A stretch of DNA of 64,000 nt from Octopus bimaculoides (GCF_001194135.2 NC_068987.1:7106517-7170516), one strand, 5' to 3'; counted from the first letter of the stretch, positions 41,452 through 54,697 are shown. Notes: generated from the letters alone by a model not told the origin. Program-made: numbers and translations.

Positions 41452-42257
41452 TTACGACGCAGTGTGCATAATGGCCAGCTTGATTTGCAATAACACTAAC
41501 AAAATCAATAAATGCAGCAGGAACAGCATAGAAGAACCATCATTTTTCTAAATGTTGCAATAAATGGAACCAAACCAATAACCAAGTGATTTCGAATATG
41601 GATGTGAATTATATTCTGAATAATATTCTTCTGTATGTATTATCGAAATAACTGGCACTTTCTTCAGATTCAATGGCATATTTACATTTTAGGTAGAGAG
41701 ATTTGGCTTAATATACAAAACCGCGCTTCTAGCATACGGATGGATGGCTTTTTTTTTTCTTTGAAGAATGAATAAAATGTAAGTTTCATTAACGTTAGTA
41801 GTGAAAGGAAATGGATCAATGACAATGCCATGCATTTCTGCCAAAGACTTCACGTCGGATAGAATGGAAAGAAAATTGCAAGAACAAGAACAAATGCGAT
41901 CTACTGAAGGATGACGAAACCACAAATAACAAAGGGGAAAGAAATGGAATTGTAGACGATTGCAACATCAAGACGGAATTCTACAAATCAGTGCAATAAT
42001 TAACACAAATATCAAAAGGAAATATGATTTTCTTTCTGGATGGTTGCAGAAAGAATAGAGGGTGTATTGTAATGTATAAAAGAAGAGAGTTTCTAAATTA
42101 GCAGCACTCACTTCCAGAGTATAATAGGTTACGAGTATTATTTCACACAGGAATAGCCATAAACACTGAACATATACCCGCATAGACGCATATATGTCAA
42201 CATATATGTGTGTATATAAATACACACTTACTCACACACACAAACATACAATATATC

Positions 42258-42337
<80 letters not shown>

Positions 42338-42438
42338 TACACACACACAAACACACNNNNNNNNNNNNNNNNNNNNNNNNNNNNNNNNNNNNNNNNNNNN
42401 NNNNNNNNNNNNNNNNNNNNNNNNNNNNNNNNNNNNNN

Positions 42439-42508
<70 letters not shown>

Positions 42509-42512
<4 letters not shown>

Positions 42513-42687
42513 TAAATATATAGGGATTGACAGTAACCTGCTTCTCCAACATACTGAGAATTCAGAAATAGCAGTCAAAGAACTACTGATTTCAAAACTA
42601 CAAATTATTACTCCAGATTGACTGCTATTTCTGAATTCTCAGTATGTTGGAGAAGCAGGTTACTGTCAATCCCTATATATTTATGAT
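42509..42687. repeat. Perfect inverted repeat: 70-bp arms, 39-bp spacer
   Basis: 42509-42578 is the exact reverse complement of 42618-42687 (checked base by base). Confidence 0.95.
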
Positions 42688-42826
42688 TATAAATGTTTTT
42701 TACCGAAGAGGTGTTTTCATACTGAGCTACCCGGCAAAATTGTTAATTATTAATTTTATTACTAATTGACGATTCCCTGCCCTGCATATCTATCTATCTA
42801 TATATATATATATATATATATATATT

Positions 42827-43050
42827 TACGAGGGGCTGCTAAAAAATTTCTGGCTTTGGGTAAAGGAAAATATAGGGGGATCAGTTAATTATGATTTTAT
42901 TCAACATATCCCCCTCCCAGATTTACACACTCATTGCAGCGGTCCTTCAGATTTTCTAAACCCAGCAAAAAGACTCGGATGATCGGAGCTCTTCCAACCA
43001 AGCCTTTGCTGACACCCTTAAGGCCAGGAACTTTTCAGCATCCCCTTGTA
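42827..43050. mobile_element. mariner-type MITE, complete (~224 bp)
   Basis: Imperfect ~31-bp TIRs, tacgaggggctgctaaaaaatttctggcttt and aaggccaggaacttttcagcatccccttgta, with TA termini and no ORF. A second copy lies at 18281-18477. Confidence 0.85.
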
Positions 43051-43404
43051 CCCACATATACATTCATACTTTTATACAGATATACGTACGTAATTTGAAT
43101 GTTGCTTCAAGCATTCAAGAGTAAACACGCATATAAAAAGGAGCAGTGATTTACAAAGCTGTAATAATGCGTTTTGGATTTTGAAATAAGCCAAGAAAAA
43201 CATTTTAAAATCCTAATGTTCCGGTCGAAAAAGCATTTACACGTTGACTTCATGGAACAGTAAATCTTGCTGGGATTTCAGAATTTCTATCTGTACGACA
43301 ATGTAAAATCAGCAAACTTGTGAAATGTGGACAAAGTCGACGGTATTCCAATTCGAAGATATGTAGAATTCTCCCTGTGCAGCTTATCAATAATTACACT
43401 ATTT

Positions 43405-43761
43405 AAGGCGGTGAGCTGGCAGAAACGTTAGCACGCCGGGCGAAATGCTTAGCGGTATTTCGTCTGCCGTTACGTTCTGAGTTCAAATTCCGCCGAGGCC
43501 GACTTTGCCTTTTATCCATTCGGGGTCGATAAATTAAGTACCGGTTACCCACTGGGGTCGATATAATCGACTTAATCCGTTTGCTTGTCCTTGTTTGTCC
43601 CCTCTATGTTTAGCCCGTTGTGGGCAATAACGAAATAAGAAACGCTTAGCGGTATTTCGTCTGTTTATACGTTCTAAGTTCAAATTCCGCCGAAGTCAAC
43701 TTTGCCCTTCATCCCTTCAGGGTCGATAAATTAAGTACCAGTTGCGTACTAGGGTCGATTT
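43405..43761 (+). mobile_element. SINE family A full copy (43405-43638) plus tandem 5'-truncated copy (43639-43761)
   Basis: Near-consensus copy followed directly by a repeat of gcttagcggtatttcgtctg...gggtcgat. Confidence 0.9.
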
Positions 43762-44758
43762 AATAAAAGAATGGGTGGAGTGTACCTAGCACTTCACATT
43801 GGTGGATTAAACTAAGAAATGTGGTCTCTGCACAGCTTGGTTAGTGTTAGTCTCTTAATCTATTTAGCTGTTGGCGAATTAAGCTTCGAAGGTGATACAT
43901 AACAGCTCAAAGCCGTATTATTTTCAATAGATATATGAATAATGTAATTCATATGTGACCCGTAAAAAAAGAAGTAAATTCTAATTTACCTAACAAGGTT
44001 AATTAGCTTATTTTGCTTGTCTGCCTGATTGGCGATCGATTGACATAAGTATTGATCGATCAGTAGCTTGACTCGATACTGTTAATTAGATACTAGGCTT
44101 GTATTCTATTTAAAAAAAAAAAAGCTGCCAGCATATTAGTTTTTCTTCGAAACACGTCACTCAGTTAACTGATGCATGTATGTGTGTGTGTGCGTGTGTG
44201 TGTGTGTGTGCGTGTGTGTGTGTGCGTGTGCGTGTGTGTTTCTGTATGTCTGTTAGTGTATGCGTGAATGAAATTATATGTAAAACCAATTAAGCATTGA
44301 ATACAAATCCTAGTTAGAATTTTTTTAAGAGACCATATATTAATTAACTTTTGCAGAAAAAGGCTGACAGGGACTACGATAAAAAGTTGAATAAAATGAA
44401 CACTTTGGAGTCACTGACAAACTTTTCCTTATGCAGATTAATCATATATCATTTTTCCTTTAGGTATTTCAGACATTGGAATCAGTTTGTATAAGGGCAC
44501 TCCCTTCGAGAAATTAGTTGAATAAATCAACCCCAGTATCTGTTTCCTGCAAAGTCCGGCTCTTATTCTGTCGATATCGTTTGATAGGCTTGCATACAAT
44601 TTCTGTGTACGCATTGTTTAAACGGGTGCTTCATAAGCATAGAGCATTATATACACGTATGCATATTTACATACACACGTACATGCATACATACTTACGC
44701 ATATAAAAAATATATATGTATATGTATACGTACACAGAAGGATATACTAATATATGCG

Positions 44759-44789
<31 letters not shown>

Positions 44790-45062
44790 GTACACACAGA
44801 AACACTAGTTCTTGTACGACAACTACAGAGGAATACAGAGATCCACTTGGAGTATCATCATCCAGTCTACTTCTTGCAAAATGATGTAGTTACTACTGTA
44901 ACTTGTAGTATTGCTGATTATATTATACAAAGTAAATGCTAGAAAATATAAGATAAATAGGACACGCAGTGTATACGATTTGCGTCCTACACACGTTTCG
45001 CCCTTGTGGCTATATGCCCAACAACCAATTGTTATAAACACCCTTTAGTATTTATCATAATC

Positions 45063-45112
<50 letters not shown>

Positions 45113-45990
45113 CACGCATACCGACACCCATATTCGTATGTATAGTGAAATAAAAATCGATCCAGCTTAAAAGTGGACATCCCAAATTCTTCACAGATTA
45201 TCATTTCCTGATCGCAATGTTATTGCATGAATTGCTGCTAAGATAAATTAATTAATTCCTCTGCGGTAATGCGTTTTGCGGTAAAATTTCTACATATACT
45301 AGATTACAGATGAAGATGGACGTAGGCAATGGTAAAAAGATGTTTCGATTTTACGACCTCGTGGACCACAAACGGAAAAGAACCTTTTCATCATGATGGA
45401 TTATTAAAGGTTGCTTCTGGCGGAAAATATTGCTGTCAATGACAGATCACAAAACATTCATAAATTGATCCGTATTGTTGAATTTCTAAGTCTTTTTCAA
45501 CTATTAGATTTTAGCGTAAATAACTTGCCTAAGGACATGATGAATAAATATGATTTGTTGGGGAGTAAAATAATAGACGAATGGAAAGATCAGAATGTTG
45601 TACTACACTCTCTGGCCCGTTGATATAACGTTAATCACGGACAGAAATATACTCTGACTTTATACTAACGTTCATGAAATGACGACGACATGATGATGAT
45701 GATGAAAACGCTGATGCCGACGACAGCAATAATGAGAAGGAAGAGGAGGAGTAAGGAGAGGAAAAGAAAGAGGAAGAGGTACTACGAGCAGTATTGATGA
45801 GAATCTGTGCAATGACATCAATAACTCTGATCATTATGAAGGTTTGTTCAGTACTGAAAGATGAAGAGCTGTGTAATTTTGCAGAATTTTTAATGAACTT
45901 TTCTGATTGAATAAATAAATAAATAAATAAAATTTGCTATGCGATTGTAATTTAAAGTTAAATTAAATTTCTGTTTCAGTCTTGTATACA

Positions 45991-46153
45991 TAGGCGCAGA
46001 CGTGGCTATGTGGTAAGACGCGTACTTCCCAAGCACATGGTTCTGGGTTCGGTCCCATTGCGTGGCACCTTGAGAAAGTGTCTTCTACTATAGCCTCGAG
46101 CTGACCAAAATCTTGTAAGGGGATTTGGTAGACTGAAACTGAAAGACGCCCGC

Positions 46154-46184
<31 letters not shown>

Positions 46185-46432
46185 CTATATATATGCTCGT
46201 ATGTGTGTGTGGTTTTGTGTCTGTATTTATCCGCCCACCACCACCGCTTGACAACCGGTGCTGGTGTGTTTACGTCCCCGTAACGCAGCGGTTCGGCAAA
46301 ATAGACCCACAGGGTAAGTACCAGACTTAAGAAAAAATAAGTACAGGAGTCGATTCATTCGATTAAAATCCTTCGAGAAGTGCTCCAGCATGGCCGCAGT
46401 CAAATGACTGAAACACTTAAAATATAAAGGAT
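45991..46432 (+). mobile_element. SINE family B, full length
   Basis: Head, CORE-like domain, internal (CA)n/(TA)n, and tail ...cagcatggccgcagtcaaatgactgaaac. Confidence 0.9.
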
Positions 46433-47171
46433 GAAAATATACATAGTGGTTACGATATCATTTTTCTATACACCAGTATATATATATATATATAGAACAT
46501 ACATCCAGAAATACAACACAGCAACAGATATCCTGATACTGCAACTATGATGGCGATGGAACGTATTCATTTCCATTTGCTGCTGCTGATCTGCCAGTTT
46601 CTGTCAGTTCCATCACATGAAACAACACGCAACTATATGTTATCGTTAAAACATCTATTTCGACATATTTCCTGAACCGACCAATTCTAATTCTCGCTTA
46701 TTTTTATTTGGAAGTCATGTTTTTCCATCTGAAAGTCACTGTGATCCGAATCATTTGACGTATTACAGGTAGAGACTTTACGTCCACGAATCTTCAAGCG
46801 ATGTGGGACTGCTTCACATTGTTAACACTCATGCACGCACACGTACACGAACACACACACACACACACGCACACACACTCACGCACTCACACACATACAC
46901 ATATAAACAGACAGGCAAACAATGCCTGAACATAAAACTTCATATGTGTATATATATCTCGGTATTGGTAGCTTCTTTCAATAACTCAAAATCATTCTTT
47001 TTCTCTCGGTAATTTTCCTGAATTCGTATAATACACCTTGAAGAGAATTTAAAACTAATATACAATAATAATACAAGAGCTAAAACATATTTCTTTTCTT
47101 CAGCTTACTATTGCATCATGGGATGCTCTTAATGCGATGTATTTTCCCATCAGCGAATCTCCGTCACTCTC

Positions 47172-47203
<32 letters not shown>

Positions 47204-47763
47204 NNNNNNNNNNNNNNNNNNNNNNNNNNNNNNNNNNNNNNNNNNNNNNNNNNNNNNNNNNNNNNNNNNNNNNNNNNNNNNNNNNNNNNNNNNNNNNNNN
47301 NNNNNNNNNNNNNNNNNNNNNNNNNNNNNNNNNNNNNNNNNNNNNNNNNNNNNNNNNNNNNNNNNNNNNNNNNNNNNNNNNNNNNNNNNNNNNNNNNNNN
47401 NNNNNNNNNNNNNNNNNNNNNNNNNNNNNNNNNNNNNNNNNNNNNNNNNNNNNNNNNNNNNNNNNNNNNNNNNNNNNNNNNNNNNNNNNNNNNNNNNNNN
47501 NNNNNNNNNNNNNNNNNNNNNNNNNNNNNNNNNNNNNNNNNNNNNNNNNNNNNNNNNNNNNNNNNNNNNNNNNNNNNNNNNNNNNNNNNNNNNNNNNNNN
47601 NNNNNNNNNNNNNNNNNNNNNNNNNNNNNNNNNNNNNNNNNNNNNNNNNNNNNNNNNNNNNNNNNNNNNNNNNNNNNNNNNNNNNNNNNNNNNNNNNNNN
47701 NNNNNNNNNNNNNNNNNNNNNNNNNNNNNNNNNNNNNNNNNNNNNNNNNNNNNNNNNNNNNNN

Positions 47764-47795
<32 letters not shown>

Positions 47796-49268
47796 CATAG
47801 GTATGGTGATGTAAACAGGAAAAGTATGCTTCAAAATATGAGTATATGTATGTCTTTATTAATATTTAGCAGAAGCAATAGAATGACTCAAGGTCCGAGT
47901 GTTTTGTGCGTTTCATAAGAATGTGTGTGTGTGCATTATATATATGTGTAAGTATGTATGTGTATATATAGTTGGAATTTACAACAAAAAAAGACGAAGA
48001 CAGGTGTGTAAACAACAAACGGGTGTATTAATTTAGCGCTCGAGAAGGTAAGAAAGTCTTTCACGTTTCGAGCCTACGCTCTTCAAGAGAAAGGAACACG
48101 AGGTAATAAACAGAGAGAGAATAAAAAAGAAAGCTTTAGTAACGATTGTTCTGCCATATCTGGAAGCTGATATAACTTAATGAGTTATGATACTTTTTTG
48201 TTTGGTATTTCCTGCATTCGTATTCAACTTTTTTTTTTAAATACCTGATACAGTTCAACGTAAGTTCTTTCTACGAGATACTCTATCATTTCATACATAA
48301 ATACATATATGAATACATATGAATCGTTGTATCACGGGGGGGGGGGGAGCCTTATGTCAATATTAAATACATGCACTACCACTACATCATCTTCATTGTT
48401 ATTGGTCAATTACTCTGCTATTTACTCAATCCTGTTGGTCAGTTAATAAGACAGGTTTCTCAAGGTCCTTTCATCTCTATTCGCAACCACTTCAATGCAA
48501 TACTGTCTCTACTGCACCATATAGAAAACCTATACATGCACACACACACACACACACACACATAAACAAAAGCACAGTCCTTTCTCAGGTCAATATAAAT
48601 ATAAACACACAAGCGTGGTTTAGTTAATGAACAATTTTAGCACCGTTGTAGAATGTACATCCTGCTATTAAACTACAATGTTTTTTTTTTCTTAATCGCT
48701 ATGGGATAATTTTGTCCGGTTTTCGCATTTCATCGTAGATTAGTTTGGTATTTCCTGACTATAGGGAGCGTAGCAACGTGTAGACAAATGCGAGAATTAA
48801 ATTGCTCTGCCCAAATATAACAAAGGAAGTATTGTTAACGTGAGAAACATAATAGATTCACTACACAGTGTTAAGGTAGGCGGTTTTGCAAGTTAATACT
48901 TAACACTAATTTCGTATGTCTATTCATAGTATATATGAACTGACATACGACACTTAGGCTGTTGAAGTTTCATAACAATGCAAGTATTGGTAACGGGGTG
49001 TAAACAACAAATTCACAACATGACGTGGGTATAAGTAGTAATTCGGTAAGGTAAACTAATCGACGTATAGATGCAGTGCTCTTTAGGGAAAAGTGCATAT
49101 TCTGATTGAACTCAGTGTAATTTTTCTCTGCGTCCAGCAAAAGTGATCGAACCTGATGTACTTTTACTGTGTGCCTAGCCAATGTGATTTGTTGATTCAT
49201 CAGAAACCCAAACTTTATTTCCCTGCAACAAAGACAATACTAGATATTGGTGCTTTATTCTATACATT

Positions 49269-49428
49269 GGCGCAGGAGTGGCAGTGCTGTAGGAATTATG
49301 CTTCTGAACCACCTCTTTCCAGATTCAGTTCCAATACATTACACCTCACGCAAGTACCTTCTACAAAAGGCTTATGGCTACCAAAACCTAGTGTCTGGGT
49401 TTGGCAGAAAGAAATTGAAAGAAATCTG

Positions 49429-49435
<7 letters not shown>
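49269..49435 (+). mobile_element. SINE family B, decayed 5' half
   Basis: ggcgcaggagtggc.gtg..gtag...atgcttc..aaccac...ttcagttcca.t.c.tt.cacct..gcaagt..cttctac. Confidence 0.7.
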
Positions 49436-49468
<33 letters not shown>

Positions 49469-49637
49469 TCGATAATATTTTTGAAAATACATGCTTATTA
49501 TAGACTTTGGCTAACGGATGCGCAATCCTATACACNNNNNNNNNNNNNNNNNNNNNNNNNNNNNNNNNNNNNNNNNNNNNNNNNNNNNNNNNNNNNNNNN
49601 NNNNNNNNNNNNNNNNNNNNNNNNNGAGGTACAAAGT

Positions 49638-50023
49638 GGAGGCGCAATGGCCCAGTGGTTAGGGCAGCGGCCTCGTGGTCATAGGATCGCGGTTTCGATT
49701 CCCATACCGGGCGTTGTGAGTGTTTATTGAGCGAAAACACCTAAAGCTCCACGAGGCTCCGGCAGGGGATGATGGAGAACCCTGCTGTACTCTTTCACCA
49801 CAACTTTCTCTCACTCTTTCTTCCTGTTTCTGTTGTGCCTGTAATTCAAAGGGTCGGCCTTGGCACACTGTGTCACGCTGAATCTCCCCCGAGAACTACG
49901 TTAAGGGTACACGTGTCTGTGGAGTGCTCAGCCGCTTGCACGTTAATTTCACGAGCAGGCTGTTCCGTTGATCGGATCAACTAGAACCCTCAACGTCGTA
50001 AGCGACAGAGTGCCAACAACAAC
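49638..50023 (+). mobile_element. SINE family C (tRNA-derived), full length with TSD
   Basis: tRNA-like head with A-box tggcccagtgg and B-box ggtttcgattccc, a (CAA)n tail, and a direct repeat gaggtacaaa at 49626-49635 and 50024-50033. Confidence 0.9.
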
Positions 50024-51586
50024 GAGGTACAAAATATGCAAAATGTTTCATTACTTTTCTCCTGCACATTTTCATCTTGCTTCTTTAATATTCTATTTCA
50101 AGTCTGCTTCATTTGCTGATAACGTTTTGTGTTGAAATCTTTTCGCAAGTCGGAGTCGCTCTTATTAATATTATGTTTCGTTTTTAATTTCCAGTTAATA
50201 GTCTTCATGTATTCATCATTTCTTTATGTTACACGCACTATCTTCTAAAACATACGTATTGAGTTGGAAGAGTCTATATGTTCATATTATATGTAATAGA
50301 AGCAAATGAATGGAAGGAGCTCACCTGATTCAGGTGGAGTAAATATATTTTGGTGAGAAAATTTTCTGTTGTATTTGGTGACATTCTTGCTTGTCTCTAT
50401 AAAAGGATTTTAATCTGTGCCTACTGCTATATATCTGCTAGTATATATACTCCTATAAACAGTGTCTCAACATGTACGAGCGGAGAGAATTAAATTGCTC
50501 TGCCCTAATTTGTACAACAAAGCAACTATTATTAATGTGAGAAGCATAATAGGTTTACAACACAGCGTTAGAATAGGTGGATATGCAAGTTAATAATATG
50601 GAAGCATAGGCTTAGTATACATACATATCTATTATGTATACACTAGCATATCCGTGCCGTCAACAATGCTGACAGGTTTATTAATGATAGAAAATGACGC
50701 ATCAGTACAATGAGAAAAACCATGGATAAATGTCAACGATTTAGTAAATGTATGTTTATTATACATGAAAACGTCTCGACTGAAAATATAGTCCACATAA
50801 TTTATGTGTGTATGGATATACACAGACATAATTTATTAATATTTATAGTTCTGAAGACAAAAATATTTAATATTTAATTTCATATATATATTTCGTATGT
50901 ATATTTCGTATGCAAGATTCTTGATGTGGATACGTGTGTTGAAAGAAATACAATTAAACCTTGGGAGAGGCATTATGCCGGTAATAAACACACGCACTGG
51001 CTCAGTCCTTTATTAATTTATATAGTTTTTTGTTAAATTATTTCATTGCACTCTTGCAATCTCTTCAGTAACTTGTCTCTCCACTTCCATTTATATATAT
51101 ATATATANNNNNNNNNNNNNNNNNNNNNNNNNNNNNNNNNNNNNNNNNNNNNNNNNNNNNNNNNNNNNNNNNNNNNNNNNNNNNNNNNNNNNNNNNNNNN
51201 NNNNNNNNNNNNNNNNNNNNNNNNNNNNNNNNNNNNNNNNNNNNNNNNNNNNNNNNNNNNNNNNNNNNNNNNNNNNNNNNNNNNNNNNNNNNNNNNNNNN
51301 NNNNNNNNNNNNNNNNNNNNNNNNNNNNNNNNNNNNNNNNNNNNNNNNNNNNNNNNNNNNNNNNNNNCATAAAGGAATTTCATTTTAGAAAGTCATTTTG
51401 AAGATGTTTTCAAAAAACAAGAGTAAGAGAAGAAAACACATCTCGACTATGCTGCTGTTTCACTTTATGCAGCTGAGGAGTACATTTTCATTGTATTTTC
51501 TGTAGTGTTATCACTACATGAATAAATGGAGCTTGTACGAAACGTACGTACTGCTATAACCTATTGAATTTTTGTTGCTTTTCTTC

Positions 51587-51628
<42 letters not shown>

Positions 51629-51638
51629 AACAAGTTTA

Positions 51639-51742
51639 GCTCGCCGGACAAATTACTCAGTGACATTTCATCCGTCTCTACGTTCTGAGTTCGCATTCCG
51701 CCAAGGTCGACCTTTCAGGGTCGATAAAATAAGTACAAGGGG
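51639..51742 (+). mobile_element. SINE family A fragment with internal deletion
   Basis: ctctacgttctgagttcgcattccgccaaggtcgacctttcagggtcgataaaataagtac; part of the core is deleted. Confidence 0.7.
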
Positions 51743-52076
51743 AGGTCTGAGGGGGAGTGTAGATAAGGCTGCGTGGCGAAAAATTATAAATAAATTTTTA
51801 AAATACCCTGTAAGTACAGGAGAACACCAACAAGCGCAAAATACGTAAACACACGAGAGAAAAAGACAGAACAAAATACCAAAACAATAACTCGCTCATC
51901 AGTTGGTGACTGTTTATTACTATTCATTTCGTGCTTTTAACGACAAGATAGGAACATTTCATAACACAGCGGCATCCAAAAATTGAAAAATATAAAATTT
52001 GTGGAGAGTTAGGGCTTCGAACAAACAAACAACAACAGAGTGGACGTAGAGTAAACAATCAACGAGGACAAACATT

Positions 52077-52292
52077 CTTTTCTACTCTAGGAAGAAAGCC
52101 TGAAATTTTGGGGGAGGGTTTCCAGTCGATTAGATGGACCCCAGTACGTAACTGCTACTTAATTTATCAATCCTGAAAGGATGAAAGGCAAAGTCGACCT
52201 CGGCGGAATTTGAACTTCGAACGTAAAGACAGACTAAATACCGTTAAGCATTTCACCTGGCGTACTAACGTTTCTGCCATTCGTCGCCTTTT
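52077..52292 (-). mobile_element. SINE family A with 16-bp target-site duplication
   Basis: Full reverse-complement copy flanked by aacgaggacaaacatt (52061-52076) and aacgaagacaaacatt (52293-52308). Confidence 0.9.
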
Positions 52293-54067
52293 AACGAAGA
52301 CAAACATTAAGGGGCGTTAAGCCAAGACAAATTATAATGGATAACGTCTGGAAAAATTTTGAAAGGATATAGAATAAACAGAAGAGAAGAAAAGGATAGA
52401 AGAGACAAAAAAAGGTGTCGAGAAGTGAGAGAAGAGGGACAAAACGTCCAGCTAGTTGGACGTGGAATCCCCGAAAAGACAGAGGCGAGAAAAATGGCCT
52501 GTAATCACGCGTGACCAATAGGCACGACAACTGATGAGCGAGTTATTTTGTCCTGTACTTGTCTTACGTATTTTTCACTCGTTGGTAATGCCCTGTACTT
52601 AATGTGTATATATATACATATATACATACATACATACATACATATATATATATATATAATTATTACAATTAAAAGGGTAAAGGTTGATCAATTTATTAAT
52701 TTATTAATAAATTAACAATTAATAATTTTACGAAGCCCTTCGGTATGNNNNNNNNNNNNNNNNNNNNNNNNNNNNNNNNNNNNNNNNNNNNNNNNNNNNN
52801 NNNNNNNNNNNNNNNNNNNNNNNNNNNNNNNNNNNNNNNNNNNNNNNNNNNNNNNNNNNNNNNNNNNNNNNNNNNNNNNNNNNNNNNNNNNNNNNNNNNN
52901 NNNNNNNNNNNNNNNNNNNNNNNNNNNNNNNNNNNNNNNNNNNNNNNNNNNNNNNNNNNNNNNNNNNNNNNNNNNNNNNNNNNNNNNNNNNNNNNNNNNN
53001 NNNNNNNNNNNTATATATATATATATATATATATGAATGCGTGTGTAAATTACTGGCCACGCTTTCGCGCTTCACTGGCATAGCTAGCCAACAAAGGTTA
53101 CCACACCTTATGTGGGTCAATTCAATGCCATAAATGCACCCACCCTTGCCCCTTGCATTTACATTACATTCCTTTGCATATTTTTAGCAACCACATCTTG
53201 ACCACAGTTATAACCTCCACCACCACATCATTTTCGTAAGATTTTATATTTTTTTTATTCATCTTTACTTTTTTATCAACCACTCTGACCACAACTTTCC
53301 CACTTCAACAAAACGAGTCTAGCCTGCTAGCAACTCACCAACAGCACATTATCTTGGCGCGATAGCGAGATGTAAATCTTATTACTTTAGAAGCATGTTA
53401 CGTCACCTAATGAGGCCTCCTGCACTGTGCGTTGCATCTGATGTTATTTCATCGTCCCACGCCTAGTAGGGAGCAGTGCAGAAGGACGCCGAAACAATTT
53501 CTGTGTTAATAAAGCTTCTAGTCACACTCCGTCTTCCATATCAGTCATTTAAATCCTAAACTTTAAGATATATCCAACGTGGATTTAGAAATTACGGACT
53601 AAATCCAGCGAAGAATGCGCAGAAACGCCGATGAAGCGTGCTAGTGTATCTGCGCTGCAGGTACATTACTCGAAACAAGGATTCGATACTGCAATTAAAA
53701 CCTCTTTTCTCAACAATATATATATACATATATAATTCATAGAATTCAATTAGAGGTTATGTTGGCCTTATGAAGTGATGGTGTCATCCAAGGGAATACT
53801 GGTTCAATACCTAATATAATTTGAGGAGATTAATATCCATAAAATAATATGTTTATATATAAACAATGGTTTATAACCATGTAGTGATGATTCTACAAAC
53901 TGACACAAAATATCTAAGGGTATATTTTTTTCCCCTCTGATGAGATGACGCTCAGAAATATCACTTTAATATTCTTTTAACTTCACTGAGCTTAACTGAA
54001 ACATCTGTAAGGGTTACTGATCGATATTTTGCGGATAATAAACTCTTATTAACTTTAATATGTTTAT

Positions 54068-54446
54068 TTGATCCTCAAGCGACAAGTGACCATTCCTAAA
54101 GCATGAAAACCACACGCAAGATTGCGTTTTGCTCATGTAAGCTGTGTTAAATATGACAACTAATTCGGCCGCCATTTTCGCAGCAGAAAACAAAATTTCA
54201 CGGTAGCACGCAGTTCCTTCGTTTTCGCCATTGCAAAAATCGATGAATAGAGGAGAAGCACTACAATACAAAGATGCACTACGCAGCGGTATGAACTCAC
54301 TGGACGACACAGGTCGGCTGACTGATACCTGAGGTTCGTATCAAGTGGTGTCTAGCAGTGGAAGCCTGAACTACAACGGGCTTGTACCTCAGAGAACGTT
54401 TCCGGTGCTAATAAATGATTCCGACTATTAGATTCCGACTAACGTA
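54068..54446 (-). mobile_element. mariner 5' end fragment (TIR + N-terminal HTH of transposase)
   Basis: Minus strand reads MAKTKELRATVKFCFLL/KMAAELVVIFNTAYMSKTQSCVWFSCFRNGHLSLEDQ, similar to mariner N-termini (EQR..VKFCF.LGK.A.ET...MSKTQV.EWF..F..G..S.ED). The element starts at TACGTTAG near 54446. Confidence 0.75.
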
Positions 54447-54453
54447 TTAATCG

Positions 54454-54494
<41 letters not shown>

Positions 54495-54644
54495 NNNNNN
54501 NNNNNNNNNNNNNNNNNNNNNNNNNNNNNNNNNNNNNNNNNNNNNNNNNNNNNNNNNNNNNNNNNNNNNNNNNNNNNNNNNNNNNNNNNNNNNNNNNNNN
54601 NNNNNNNNNNNNNNNNNNNNNNNNNNNNNNNNNNNNNNNNNNNN

Positions 54645-54697
<53 letters not shown>

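Noticed and set aside
48040-48100. ttgaagagcgtaggctcgaaacgt (minus strand) as a hammerhead
   Set aside because: C3 is missing and the hairpin consumes G8/A9, so the catalytic core cannot form canonically.
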